Made by a program: the position numbers and the translations under genes. A model generated the notes under the pieces. That model made no database searches, had not been told where the DNA came from, and saw only the letters and a list, made by a program, of their open reading frames with translations. A stretch of DNA of 64,000 nucleotides, from positions 2,880 through 66,879 of the forward strand of contig DASQLH010000344.1 in NCBI GenBank assembly GCA_035630155.1, read 5' to 3'. Shown one piece after another: positions 39,790 to 49,126 of this stretch. The stretch is from Chthoniobacterales bacterium (GTDB lineage: Bacteria; Verrucomicrobiota; Verrucomicrobiia; Chthoniobacterales; UBA10450). The stretch's first letter is position 1. Every line of letters begins with the position of its first letter.

Positions 39790-39810
39790 TTCTGGATGCT
39801 TCATTAAATA

Positions 39811-39840
39811 TTCGTCATAAGTTGGTTACACCTATATAAT
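39811..39840 (+). promoter_or_regulatory. possible sigma70-type promoter for mnmG (TTCGTC-18 nt-TATAAT)
   Basis: AT-rich intergenic tract. TATAAT lies at 39835-39840 and a weak -35-like hexamer at 39811-39816. This is pattern match only. Confidence 0.3.
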
Positions 39841-39885
39841 GAGTCTCCCAAGCTTATATCTCGGGACGGGCGTTCCACGTGGAAC

Positions 39886-41748
39886 ATGAAAGCTCCTAAA
39901 AAGTATGGCGTTGTCGTCATCGGCAGCGGGCATGCGGGCGTGGAAGCCGCATTGGCGGCCGCCCGGCTGGGGAGCACGACGCTCCTGCTGACCCAAAATC
40001 TCGACACCGTCGCCCAGATGTCGTGCAACCCTGCGATAGGTGGACTCGCAAAAGGGCACATCGTCCGGGAGATCGATGCGCTCGGTGGAGCGATGGGAAC
40101 CAATGCCGACGCAACGGGAATTCAGTTTCGGATGCTGAATCGGACCAAGGGGCCGAGTGTCCGAGCGCCTCGGGCGCAGTGCGACAAGAAAGCCTACCAA
40201 TTCCGCATGAAGGCGGTGCTGGAGCGGGCGACCGGATTGGACATCAAACAGGCGACCGTAGGGCACATTCAGGTGAGCGGCTCGCGCGTGGTCGGAGTTG
40301 AAACAGACATTGGAGTTGGGTTCATCGCGGATTCGGTGGTGGTCACCTCGGGAACCTTTCTCCGCGGGCTCCTCCATGTGGGCGAACATTCAAAGCCAGG
40401 CGGACGAATGGCCGACGCGAGTTCCGCCCTGAGCGATTGTCTGCGGGGGCTTGGATTTGAGGTGGGTCGTTTCAAGACGGGGACGCCTTGTCGGGTGAGC
40501 CGCCGATCGATCGACTTCACGAAGTGCGAAAAGCAGCTAGGCGATGATCCGCCTCCGCGATTCAGCTTTTGCCCACCGGCCCTGGCCGGGCAGGACGATA
40601 TTTTTACTCTCAATTCACAGGGGTTCCATGTGGAACAAATGCCTTGCTGGATCACCTACACTACGCCGGAGACTCACGAAATCATCCGGCGAAATCTCGC
40701 CAAGTCCGCCCTGTATTCCGGACGCATTGAGGGGACGGGACCGCGGTATTGTCCTTCCATCGAAGACAAGGTAGTCAAATTCGCGGACAAGGTCGCCCAC
40801 CAGGTATTCCTGGAACCCGAGGGGAGGCACACGGAGGAATTCTATGTGAATGGCTTGTCAACAAGTCTCCCCTATGATGTCCAACTGGAATTCATCCGGT
40901 CGATTCCCGGGATGGAAAACGCGGAGCTGATGCGCCCCGGATATGCGGTTGAGTACGACTATTTCCCGCCCACCCAATTGCGGCCGACACTTGAGACCAA
41001 GCACGTAGAAGGCCTTTATTTCGCAGGTCAAGTCAACGGCACATCCGGATACGAAGAAGCTGCTGCTCAAGGACTTATAGCTGGTTCGAATGCCGCTCTG
41101 AAAGCCCAGCAACGCGCGCCCTTCACCCTTTCACGGCAGGAAGCCTATATCGGGGTGCTCATAGACGATCTGACGACACATGGCACCGACGAACCGTACC
41201 GTATGTTCACCAGCCGCGCGGAAGAGCGGCTTTCCCTGCGGCAGGACAATGCCGACCAGCGGCTCACCGGCAAGGGGTTCGAAGTGGGTTTGGTCGACGA
41301 AACCCGATATTCAGTTTTCCACGCCAAGATGGATCAGCTCGAAAAGCTGCGGGCGGCGATGAGCGAAATACGGGTCGAAGGCCGGCCGCTCGCCACGTTG
41401 TTAAAAATGCCCGAGTTCAAACTCGATTCCTTGCCACTCGAGATCCGCCAGCTCGCCCCGCCCGATCTGTGGGAGCTGGTCGAAACCGATCTGAAATACG
41501 AAGGCTATATCCAGCGCCAGGCCAGGCAAAATTCCAAACTCTTTCGAGACCAGGCGCGTCCGATTCCCGCGGACCTCGATTACGAGACAATATCCGGTCT
41601 GCGTCGTGAAACGCGCCAGAAGCTGGCAGCAATCCGCCCGCCGTCGCTGGGACATGCCGCGCAAGTCAGCGGAATTACTCCGGCCGACGTGTCGATCATT
41701 TCCATCTGGCTCCAAAAAAAGAAGCTGACCGAGCCAGCCACCGGCTAG
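39886..41748 (+). CDS. mnmG: tRNA uridine 5-carboxymethylaminomethyl modification enzyme MnmG (GidA)
   Basis: [44 protein letters not shown], and 620 aa in length. Confidence 0.95.
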   Translation: MKAPKKYGVVVIGSGHAGVEAALAAARLGSTTLLLTQNLDTVAQMSCNPAIGGLAKGHIVREIDALGGAMGTNADATGIQFRMLNRTKGPSVRAPRAQCDKKAYQFRMKAVLERATGLDIKQATVGHIQVSGSRVVGVETDIGVGFIADSVVVTSGTFLRGLLHVGEHSKPGGRMADASSALSDCLRGLGFEVGRFKTGTPCRVSRRSIDFTKCEKQLGDDPPPRFSFCPPALAGQDDIFTLNSQGFHVEQMPCWITYTTPETHEIIRRNLAKSALYSGRIEGTGPRYCPSIEDKVVKFADKVAHQVFLEPEGRHTEEFYVNGLSTSLPYDVQLEFIRSIPGMENAELMRPGYAVEYDYFPPTQLRPTLETKHVEGLYFAGQVNGTSGYEEAAAQGLIAGSNAALKAQQRAPFTLSRQEAYIGVLIDDLTTHGTDEPYRMFTSRAEERLSLRQDNADQRLTGKGFEVGLVDETRYSVFHAKMDQLEKLRAAMSEIRVEGRPLATLLKMPEFKLDSLPLEIRQLAPPDLWELVETDLKYEGYIQRQARQNSKLFRDQARPIPADLDYETISGLRRETRQKLAAIRPPSLGHAAQVSGITPADVSIISIWLQKKKLTEPATG

Positions 41749-41772
41749 CCGCGCTCCCGAAGACAAAGTGCC

Positions 41773-42402
41773 GTGTGGTTAATTATCTTAGCTTTTTCCG
41801 CGCTCGGTTATCTCTTCGGTTCGTTCCCGGCCGGATACATTGCCGGCCGCATGGCCGGGGTTGATGTCCGAACGCGCGGCAGCGGAAACATCGGAGCCAC
41901 CAACGTCCTTCGCGTCCTGGGAAAACGATGGGGCTACGCGGTCTTTTTCCTTGACGCCTTCAAAGGATTCGCGGCGGTCCGGCTGACATTTTTTTTCGTC
42001 AAAGGGCTGCCGGCGGCCCAGCCCTACGCGGAATATTTTGCGATCCTTACAGCCGTGATGTGCATCGTCGGCCACACGTTTCCGATTTGGCTCGGCTTCA
42101 AAGGGGGCAAAGGCGTTGCCACCTCCGCCGGCGCGCTCTTTGGTCTGATGCCGCTGGTGGTTCCATTCGTCGTCTTGATTTGGGTGATCGCTTTTGAGAC
42201 GACGCGCTATGTGTCGGTGGCGTCGATCGTCGCGGCGATCTCATTGCCGATTGTGGTCGGCCTGGCTCTCCGCTGGAAATTTCTGGAAGGCCCCGCCTTT
42301 TTGTATTTTACGATCTTGATCGCGCTCCTGGTGCTCTGGAGCCACCGCTCGAATTTTTCTCGTCTTCTCCACGGAACCGAACAACGTTTCACCCGAAAGT
42401 GA
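41773..42402 (+). CDS. plsY: acyl-phosphate:glycerol-3-phosphate acyltransferase PlsY
   Basis: GSGNIGATNVLRVLG and GFKGGKGVAT. Multi-TM, 209 aa. Confidence 0.93.
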   Translation: MWLIILAFSALGYLFGSFPAGYIAGRMAGVDVRTRGSGNIGATNVLRVLGKRWGYAVFFLDAFKGFAAVRLTFFFVKGLPAAQPYAEYFAILTAVMCIVGHTFPIWLGFKGGKGVATSAGALFGLMPLVVPFVVLIWVIAFETTRYVSVASIVAAISLPIVVGLALRWKFLEGPAFLYFTILIALLVLWSHRSNFSRLLHGTEQRFTRK

Positions 42403-43400
42403 GTATTCAACGCACCGCCATTGTGGGCGCAGGAGGCTGGGGAACGGCGCTCGCCGTTCTCTGGGCGAAGCGCGGAAACGCCATCACGCTCTGGGGCAAC
42501 GACGCCAGCCGGGCAGCGGCCCTTCGCGAAACGCGCGAGAACACGGAATATCTCCCGGGCGTAAACGTGCCCGACTCAGTGCTCGTCACGAGCGACGTCG
42601 CCGATTGCGTCGGTGCCGAGTTGATTGTCTTCGTGACGCCTTCAGTGGCATTGCGTTCCGTGGCCGGGCGCTTGAAGGACGCAGGCCTGAATTCGAAAGC
42701 CATTCTCTTGAGCGGCACGAAAGGGATCGAGCACGGGAGCGGAATGCGGATGACCCAGATCCTCAATGAAATTTTTCCGGAGAACACCGCGGCCGTTTTG
42801 TCGGGCCCCAATCTGGCGGTGGAAGTCTCGCGCGATTTGCCGACCGCGGCGGTGCTTGGGTGCCGCAACGCCGGCTGCGCGGAGGAACTGCAAAGCTACC
42901 TTGGCAGCGAACGCTTCCGGATTTATTCCAGCGACGAGACGATCGGCATCGAGCTCGGGGGCGCCTTGAAAAATGTGTTCGCGATTGCGGCCGGGGCGAG
43001 CGACGGCCTCGGACTCGGCGATAATTCGAAGGCCGCGCTGGTCACGCGCGCGCTCGCGGAATTGCTCCGGCTGGGAACGGCGATGGGCGGAAACCCGCGG
43101 ACGTTTTACGGCTTGAGCGGCGCCGGGGATCTCATCGCCACGTGCTTCAGCCAGCTCAGCCGCAATCGCCGCGTCGGAGAAAAGCTGGGCCGCGGCGAGT
43201 CGCTCCAACAGATTGCCGCAAGCACACATATGGTGGCCGAGGGAATTCCGACGGCGAAAAGCGCTTACGAATGCGCGCGCAAATTGCAGATCGAAACACC
43301 AATCATCGATCAGATTTATTCGGTGCTCTACGAAGAGAAACCTCCCGACCAGGCGATGCAGGAATTGCTCGGTCGCGATCAAAAAGCGGAGCGCGGCTGA
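42399..43400 (+). CDS. gpsA: NAD(P)H-dependent glycerol-3-phosphate dehydrogenase
   Basis: VGAGGWGTALA, GALKNVFAIAAG, and GDLIATCFS..SRNRRVGEKLG. GTGA overlap with plsY. Confidence 0.93.
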   Translation: MSIQRTAIVGAGGWGTALAVLWAKRGNAITLWGNDASRAAALRETRENTEYLPGVNVPDSVLVTSDVADCVGAELIVFVTPSVALRSVAGRLKDAGLNSKAILLSGTKGIEHGSGMRMTQILNEIFPENTAAVLSGPNLAVEVSRDLPTAAVLGCRNAGCAEELQSYLGSERFRIYSSDETIGIELGGALKNVFAIAAGASDGLGLGDNSKAALVTRALAELLRLGTAMGGNPRTFYGLSGAGDLIATCFSQLSRNRRVGEKLGRGESLQQIAASTHMVAEGIPTAKSAYECARKLQIETPIIDQIYSVLYEEKPPDQAMQELLGRDQKAERG

Positions 43401-43410
43401 AGGCCGGCCG

Positions 43411-43989
43411 TTACGCTTCGCAGAAGCGCGCGATCACTTCCGGATAGAGCGTGCGCTCGGCGACCTGGATCCGGGCGTGTAAAGATTCCGCGGTATCACC
43501 CGGCATTACCGGGACTTTCCGTTGCGCGATGATCTCACCGCTGTCGATCCCCGCATCGACGTAGTGGACGGAACAGCCGGTCATTTTTTCTCCGGCATCC
43601 AGCGCCTGCTTCCAGGCCTCGACGCCGGGGAATTTTGGCAGCAGCGACGGATGCAAATTAATGATGCGGCGGGGAAAGGCGGTGAGCATTGGCTCTTTTA
43701 ACACCCGCATGAAACCGGCCAGCACGACCAGCTCCACGTCTGCGTCCCGCAGCAATTTCACCAATTCCATTTCCACGGACGGCTCGAGCCGGGTGCGAAA
43801 TTTGCCCGGCGGAAGATAGGCGTTTGGGACACCGAACTCGCGCGCGATATCGAGAATGCCGGCATCGAAGACATCGGAGATAACCACGCGCGCTTCCGCC
43901 GCGAGTTTGCCAGCGCTGATCTGTTCGAGGATCGCGCGGCCATTACTTCCCTTGCCCGAGCCGAGAATTCCGAGCGTGAGTTTCTTCAT
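43411..43989 (-). CDS. purN: phosphoribosylglycinamide formyltransferase
   Basis: LGILGSGKGSN, VVLAGFMRVL, NLHPSLLPKFPG and HYVDAGIDSGEII. Confidence 0.92.
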   Translation of the reverse strand: MKKLTLGILGSGKGSNGRAILEQISAGKLAAEARVVISDVFDAGILDIAREFGVPNAYLPPGKFRTRLEPSVEMELVKLLRDADVELVVLAGFMRVLKEPMLTAFPRRIINLHPSLLPKFPGVEAWKQALDAGEKMTGCSVHYVDAGIDSGEIIAQRKVPVMPGDTAESLHARIQVAERTLYPEVIARFCEA

Positions 43990-44474
43990 GACGGGCTGAC
44001 CCTTTTGATCTTTTCGATCAGCGTCGAAGTGGAATGCCCTTTCTCGAAGGGCAGGATCCGAATCTCCGCGCCGGCGCGGTCGAGTGCGGCGCGCTCCTCG
44101 GCGTTGAGAGTTTCTGTTGTGTAATCACCGCCTTTGACATAAATCGCCGGCCGCACTTTCTGAAGCAGTTGCGTCGCGCGGACCTCCGCGAAGACGAGGA
44201 CGTGATCCACGCATTCGAGCGCGGCGATCATTTCAGCGCGATCCGCTTCGCGGTTGAGCGGCCGGCCTTCGCCTTTGAGGGCGCGGACAGATTCATCACC
44301 GTTGATCGCCACCGCCAGCGCATCGCCCAACCCGCGCGCGGCCTGGAGATAGCGCACATGCCCGGCGTGAAGCAGATCAAAGCAGCCGTTGGTGAGGACG
44401 AGCTTGCGGCCTTGAGCGCGCATCTCGTCCGCGATGATGCTCAACTGTCCCTCATCGACGATTTTTTTCTTCAT
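43986..44474 (-). CDS. cytidylyltransferase-fold adenylyltransferase (RfaE domain II-like, D-beta-D-heptose 1-phosphate adenylyltransferase)
   Basis: LTNGCFDLLHAGHVRYL. 162 aa. ATGA overlaps on both sides. Confidence 0.8.
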   Translation of the reverse strand: MKKKIVDEGQLSIIADEMRAQGRKLVLTNGCFDLLHAGHVRYLQAARGLGDALAVAINGDESVRALKGEGRPLNREADRAEMIAALECVDHVLVFAEVRATQLLQKVRPAIYVKGGDYTTETLNAEERAALDRAGAEIRILPFEKGHSTSTLIEKIKRVSPS

Positions 44475-45358
44475 GGCTTCGGCACCACGAAATTTAATGC
44501 ACGCGGCAAAATTTCAAAACACGCGGGTTCATTGCCGACCAGCTCGCCATCGACATTGAACCACATTCCCGGCTTCGAATTCACGGTGAGCTTCGCCGCC
44601 CGCCGGAAGACGACCGCGTCGCTGGAGAGATGCGCGCCCACCATCACTTGCGCCGCGAGCAAAGCCAGCTCCGCCGCAGAACGCTTCTGGATCAGGATGA
44701 TGTCGAGCATTCCATCATCGAGCGACGCCTCCGGGGCGATCAAAGTCCCGCCCGCGACGTAGCGCCCATTTGCGACCACGACATTGTAAAGGTCGAGCAT
44801 CAGCGACTCCGTATTGTCGAGGGCCAGGGTTGTGCGATAAGCGCGCAGATCGGGCAGTGCCGCGGCGGCGCTTCGCAGATACGCCAGCGGTCCCCAGTTT
44901 TTTTTCATTTCCGGCGTCAATTTCTCGTTCACCAGCCCGCTGAATCCGCCGGCGGAAACATTCAGAAAATAACGAACCTTGTCGCTCGTCACGCGCACGA
45001 GATCAATGGCGCGGGTGTGTCCGACACGTAGGACCTCTAGCGCCGCCTCCAGGTCGGTCGGCAATCCAATTGTCCGCGCGAAATCATTTCCGGTGCCGAG
45101 CGGGATCAGGCCCACGCGCGTTTCGCCGGCATTTTCCTGAAGCCCGTTGATCACTTCGTTGAGCGTCCCGTCGCCGCCGGCTGCGACGATCATTTTGCAG
45201 CCATTACGCAATGCCCCGCGCGCGAAGCGAGCCGCGGATCCCGACTTCGTCGTCATCCGCACTTCCGCGTCAGGAAGTTGCGCGATCTGTTTCACGAGAT
45301 CATCGAGATCGCGCACCGACCCGGCCGAAGGATTAAGAATTACGGAGATATTCGGCAT
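44471..45358 (-). CDS. diacylglycerol-kinase-family lipid kinase (YegS/BmrU-like)
   Basis: The ATG at 45358 gives MPNISVILNPSAGS. AAGGDGTLNEVINGL and IPLGTGNDFAR are present. Confidence 0.85.
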   Translation of the reverse strand: MPNISVILNPSAGSVRDLDDLVKQIAQLPDAEVRMTTKSGSAARFARGALRNGCKMIVAAGGDGTLNEVINGLQENAGETRVGLIPLGTGNDFARTIGLPTDLEAALEVLRVGHTRAIDLVRVTSDKVRYFLNVSAGGFSGLVNEKLTPEMKKNWGPLAYLRSAAAALPDLRAYRTTLALDNTESLMLDLYNVVVANGRYVAGGTLIAPEASLDDGMLDIILIQKRSAAELALLAAQVMVGAHLSSDAVVFRRAAKLTVNSKPGMWFNVDGELVGNEPACFEILPRALNFVVPKP

Positions 45359-45569
45359 TAGGCGGCTGGGCAACGGGCAACCGTGCATTCTTCCAGTGCC
45401 TGAGAGGGTCCGCAAACCGAACCGGCGGATGACAGGGCATTCGTGGGCATTTGCTCGCCGCGCGGAAAAAACCCGTCAAATGCGGGAACCGTTTCGCCTC
45501 TCTCAATCGATTCATGGAATGCTGAGTGTGTTTTCAGTCCCTCACCGAGCACCGAAAGGCAGCTGAATT

Positions 45570-48500
45570 ATGAATCCTTACCTTCGCGGACGTATCGTCG
45601 TTATCTTTCTGGCCATTGCCTTGTGTCTGCTACCGCATTTTGCCACCACGGCCAATGCGCAAGCCGGTTCAACCGATCGCCTCTGGCAAGGCGTCGATCG
45701 AATCCCGGCCGCGCCAGCTAATGCGCGCGCCGGAATAAGGCCGACGACATTCAAAACGTTCACTTTGGATGCGGCCATGCTCCAATCCGCGCTGGCCCAG
45801 GCGCCTCGGGAGTTCACGGCCCGGCCGCCTCAGGACACCGGACTCGAAATCACTCTGCCGCGGCCAGACGGAAGCCTGGCGCGCTTTAAGATCGAAGAAG
45901 TGGCCTTGATGGAACCAGGCCTGGCGGCCAAGTTTCCCGGGTTCAAGACGTATCGCGGGCGCGGCCTCGACGACCCGATGGCTTCTCTCCATCTGGATGT
46001 GAACCCCTGGACGTTTCACGCGCAAGTGCTCTCACCCTCTGGGATTTACTACGTCGATCCTTATTGGAAGCATGACGGCAGCGTCTACATGAGCTACGCC
46101 AAGAGCGATCTGACTGCCGCGGGAAGGGAGTTCAAGTGCCTTTTCGAGAACGAGATTGCTCAAAAATCGCAGCTAGCCGCAACTGCGCCCGCTGCTCCGA
46201 CTGGGGTGAACAATGTGATCTCTGGCAAAAACTTGCGGACCTATCGGCTGGCCTGCGCTACCTCAATTATGTACAGCCGCTACCACGGTGGAGACCCCAC
46301 CCCCGACGTGGCGAAGGTCCTGGCTGCGCTGGTGACCATGAACAATCGCGTCTCGGGCGTGTATGAGACCGAGTTAGGAATCCGGATGGTTTTGGTTGCC
46401 AACCAGGACCAGATCATCGCGAGCGCCACCAACCCGACACCTTACACCGATACCCCCGGAGACATTGGTTCGAATCCCGCCTATCTCGATCAAAAGATCG
46501 GACCGGACAATTATGACATTGGTCACGTGGTCACGACCGGCAGTGGCGGCATTGCCGGTCTGGGCGTGGTCTGCCGTGGATTTAACCCTGCGTCTGGCGG
46601 CAGTGCCAAAGCGCGTGGAACGACCGGTATCGATCCCCCTGAAGGCGATGGGTTCTGGATCGATTTCGTGGCGCATGAGATGGGTCACCAGTTCGGCGGC
46701 AATCATACTTTTGATGGCACCGGCACCAATTGCGGGACGAACCAGAACGAATCGACCGCCTATGAGGTGGGCAGTGGTAATACCATACAGGCTTATGCGG
46801 GAATTTGCGGAAACCAAAATCTCCAGTCCCACAGCGACGCCTATTTTCACTTTGCCAGCTTGGAAGAGATGTTTGGGTTTGCCGCTGGCGGCGTTGCGGC
46901 GTCCGTCCCTGCCATTACTCTCGCCAGAGCTGTATCTGCTCCGCAGCCCGCCGGGCCGGATGCCAATCCAGGCTCCGGAACATTGGACCCGACACCCGGC
47001 GCAACTCTTTCCTGGACTGGCACCGCAGCGGGCGGGACCGCACCGGATGAAGCTTCCTGTATCGAAGGCGTGAATTGCGACACCTTCGTCCTCACTCTCT
47101 CGGGAGCGCCAGGGGATTGGCGCGAGAAGACGGCGCGCATCACCTTTACCTGGCCAAATGCGGTCGATGATTACGATATCTATGTCCACAAGGGCGCGCC
47201 TGATGGAGAGATCGTGGACGACGCGGCCACGGGCGATCAGCCCGAGGTCATCAACCTGGATCCAGAAAACACCAGCGTAGGGACGGGCGTCTTTTATGTG
47301 CATGTCGTCTATTTTGCAGTTGTGCCGCCGGCTCAGCAGTACACCGCCGTCGCCACGGTGATCGATCAATCGAATCCCGGAACCGCGCCCACCTGTGCCG
47401 TGGTCACCGCCACCGGGAACAATCCGCCCAACGTCGATGCCGGAGCGGACTACAAGATCCCGGCACGCACTCCATTTGCCCTGACCGCCAACGGAAGTGA
47501 TCCGGATGGCAACCCGATCACCTATTGCTGGGAAGAAGCCGACCTCGGCCCCGCCCCGAAGGACGCAAATACACCGGACGACGGACAGAATCCGATCTTC
47601 CGCTCATTTCCACCGACGCTGAACCCGACGCGCATCTTTCCGCAGCTGCAGTACGTCCTCAACAATGCCAACAACCCACCCGTGAATTACCCGTGTCCAG
47701 AAGAAAGCGTGCCCTGTGTCACGGGAGAAATGCTACCCACCACTTCGCGCGCCTTGAACTTCAAGGTCACTGCGCGCGACAACATATTCGGCGGGCACAG
47801 CATCGATGCCATGAAGATTGATGTGATCGACAGTGGCGCGGGCTTCGCGGTTACGTCTCCGAATACTGCCGTCTCAATCCCGGGCGGCAGCATTCAAACG
47901 GTGACGTGGGACATCGCGAACAGCACCATTCCGGAGATCAACACCACGCACGTGAACATCGCCCTTACGACTGACGGCGGGAACACCTACGTCCCGCTCG
48001 CCACGAATGTGCCTAACGATGGCAGCGAGTCAGTGGTCGTTCCGAATGTGAACTCGAGCACCGCTCGGATCAAAGTGGAAGCTGTCGGCAATATCTTCTT
48101 CGACATCTCGAATGAGAATTTCACTATCGTCAGTACCATTCCGCCTCAGGCGCAGCTGCTTAATATTTCGAGCCGCTCGCGCGTGCAGACAGGCGATAAC
48201 GTGTTGATCGGCGGCTTCATTGTCACCGGCACCGACCCCAAGCAGGTGATGCTGCGCGCGATTGGCCCCTCGATGAAAGTCGGCGCCACACCGGTCACAG
48301 GCCGCATGGAGGACCCGGTGCTTGAGTTGCGCAATAGCGCCAACGCGCTCGTCACCAGTAATGACAACTGGAAGGATTCGCCGGAGCGAACGCAAATCGA
48401 AGGAAGCGGCATCGCCCCGACCGACGACCGGGAATCCGCGATCCTGCGCACCCTGGTCCCAGGCAACTACACCGTGGTTCTGCGAGGGACGAACAACACC

Positions 48501-48944
48501 ACCGGCATCGCGCTGGTGGAAGTGTACGACATGGGTTTGCCAGCTAATTCCATCCTGGCGAATATCAGTTCGCGCAGCTTCATTGAAACTGGGGATAACG
48601 TTCTCATTGGCGGCTTTATCGCCGGCATCACCTCCGGCAATAATCCGATCGGCACCGCGATTCTGGTGCGCGCGCTTGGCCCCTCGCTCAAGAGCCAGCT
48701 CCCGAACGCCATCGATGATCCGACCCTTGAACTGCGCGATTCAAACGGCACCACGCTCGCGAACAACGACAACTGGAGAGATTCGCCTGAGCGGACGCAA
48801 ATCGAAGCGACTGGCATCGCGCCGAGTAACGACCTTGAATCTGCGATCCTCCGCACAGTTACGCCAGCCCCCTACACGGCAATCGTCCGGGGCAAGAACG
48901 GCGGCATCGGTGTCGGCGTCGTGGAGGTCTATAATATCCGGTAG
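45570..48944 (+). CDS. large secreted zinc metalloprotease (metzincin, reprolysin-like) with two C-terminal ~125-aa repeat modules
   Basis: Signal peptide IVVIFLAIALCLLPHFATTANA. The zinc motif is HEMGHQFGGNH (HExxHxxGxxH). The C-terminal tail (about 48150-48941) is two tandem modules (NISSRS..TGDNVLIGGFI...NDNW.DSPER.QIE..GIAP..D.ESAI). Confidence 0.85.
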   Translation: MNPYLRGRIVVIFLAIALCLLPHFATTANAQAGSTDRLWQGVDRIPAAPANARAGIRPTTFKTFTLDAAMLQSALAQAPREFTARPPQDTGLEITLPRPDGSLARFKIEEVALMEPGLAAKFPGFKTYRGRGLDDPMASLHLDVNPWTFHAQVLSPSGIYYVDPYWKHDGSVYMSYAKSDLTAAGREFKCLFENEIAQKSQLAATAPAAPTGVNNVISGKNLRTYRLACATSIMYSRYHGGDPTPDVAKVLAALVTMNNRVSGVYETELGIRMVLVANQDQIIASATNPTPYTDTPGDIGSNPAYLDQKIGPDNYDIGHVVTTGSGGIAGLGVVCRGFNPASGGSAKARGTTGIDPPEGDGFWIDFVAHEMGHQFGGNHTFDGTGTNCGTNQNESTAYEVGSGNTIQAYAGICGNQNLQSHSDAYFHFASLEEMFGFAAGGVAASVPAITLARAVSAPQPAGPDANPGSGTLDPTPGATLSWTGTAAGGTAPDEASCIEGVNCDTFVLTLSGAPGDWREKTARITFTWPNAVDDYDIYVHKGAPDGEIVDDAATGDQPEVINLDPENTSVGTGVFYVHVVYFAVVPPAQQYTAVATVIDQSNPGTAPTCAVVTATGNNPPNVDAGADYKIPARTPFALTANGSDPDGNPITYCWEEADLGPAPKDANTPDDGQNPIFRSFPPTLNPTRIFPQLQYVLNNANNPPVNYPCPEESVPCVTGEMLPTTSRALNFKVTARDNIFGGHSIDAMKIDVIDSGAGFAVTSPNTAVSIPGGSIQTVTWDIANSTIPEINTTHVNIALTTDGGNTYVPLATNVPNDGSESVVVPNVNSSTARIKVEAVGNIFFDISNENFTIVSTIPPQAQLLNISSRSRVQTGDNVLIGGFIVTGTDPKQVMLRAIGPSMKVGATPVTGRMEDPVLELRNSANALVTSNDNWKDSPERTQIEGSGIAPTDDRESAILRTLVPGNYTVVLRGTNNTTGIALVEVYDMGLPANSILANISSRSFIETGDNVLIGGFIAGITSGNNPIGTAILVRALGPSLKSQLPNAIDDPTLELRDSNGTTLANNDNWRDSPERTQIEATGIAPSNDLESAILRTVTPAPYTAIVRGKNGGIGVGVVEVYNIR
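48150..48941 (+). repeat. left arm of a ~0.8 kb inverted repeat (protease tail-coding segment)
   Basis: Encodes the same two-module tail as 51529-52300 on the opposite strand. Even the antisense spurious ORFs (48146..48466 and 52001..52375) translate to similar peptides, so the similarity is at nucleotide level. Confidence 0.8.
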
Positions 48945-49044
48945 GGAAACGGCAAGCGATGAAAGGAGCACGCCCTCGCGCTGGGGAGTGACCAGTGATG
49001 CGCAAACCACGCTAGGAAACTGGCGCACTCCCGACTCCGTGAGA

Positions 49045-49125
49045 CCCTCACCCAGCCCTCTCCCTCAGGGAGAGGGAGTTCCTTCTCCCTTTGGGAGAAG
49101 GTTAGGATGAGGGCCGATTTCGGCC
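49045..49125. repeat. nested palindromic element between convergent genes (possible bidirectional terminator or REP-like element)
   Basis: Hairpin 1 is CCCTCTCCC-tca-GGGAGAGGG (49056-49076). Hairpin 2 is CCTTCTCCC-ttt-GGGAGAAGG (49081-49101). Both are enclosed by CCCTCACCC (49045-49053) and GGATGAGGG (49105-49113). A third small hairpin, GGCCGA..TCGGCC, lies at 49112-49125. No U-tracts. Confidence 0.6.
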
Positions 49126-49126
49126 A

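Noticed and set aside
46374-47369. 331-aa minus-strand ORF inside the metalloprotease gene, plus 46396..47073 in another frame
   Set aside because: It is antisense to, or out of frame with, a gene that has a clear signal peptide and HExxHxxGxxH motif. The sequence is low-complexity and Arg/Gly-rich.
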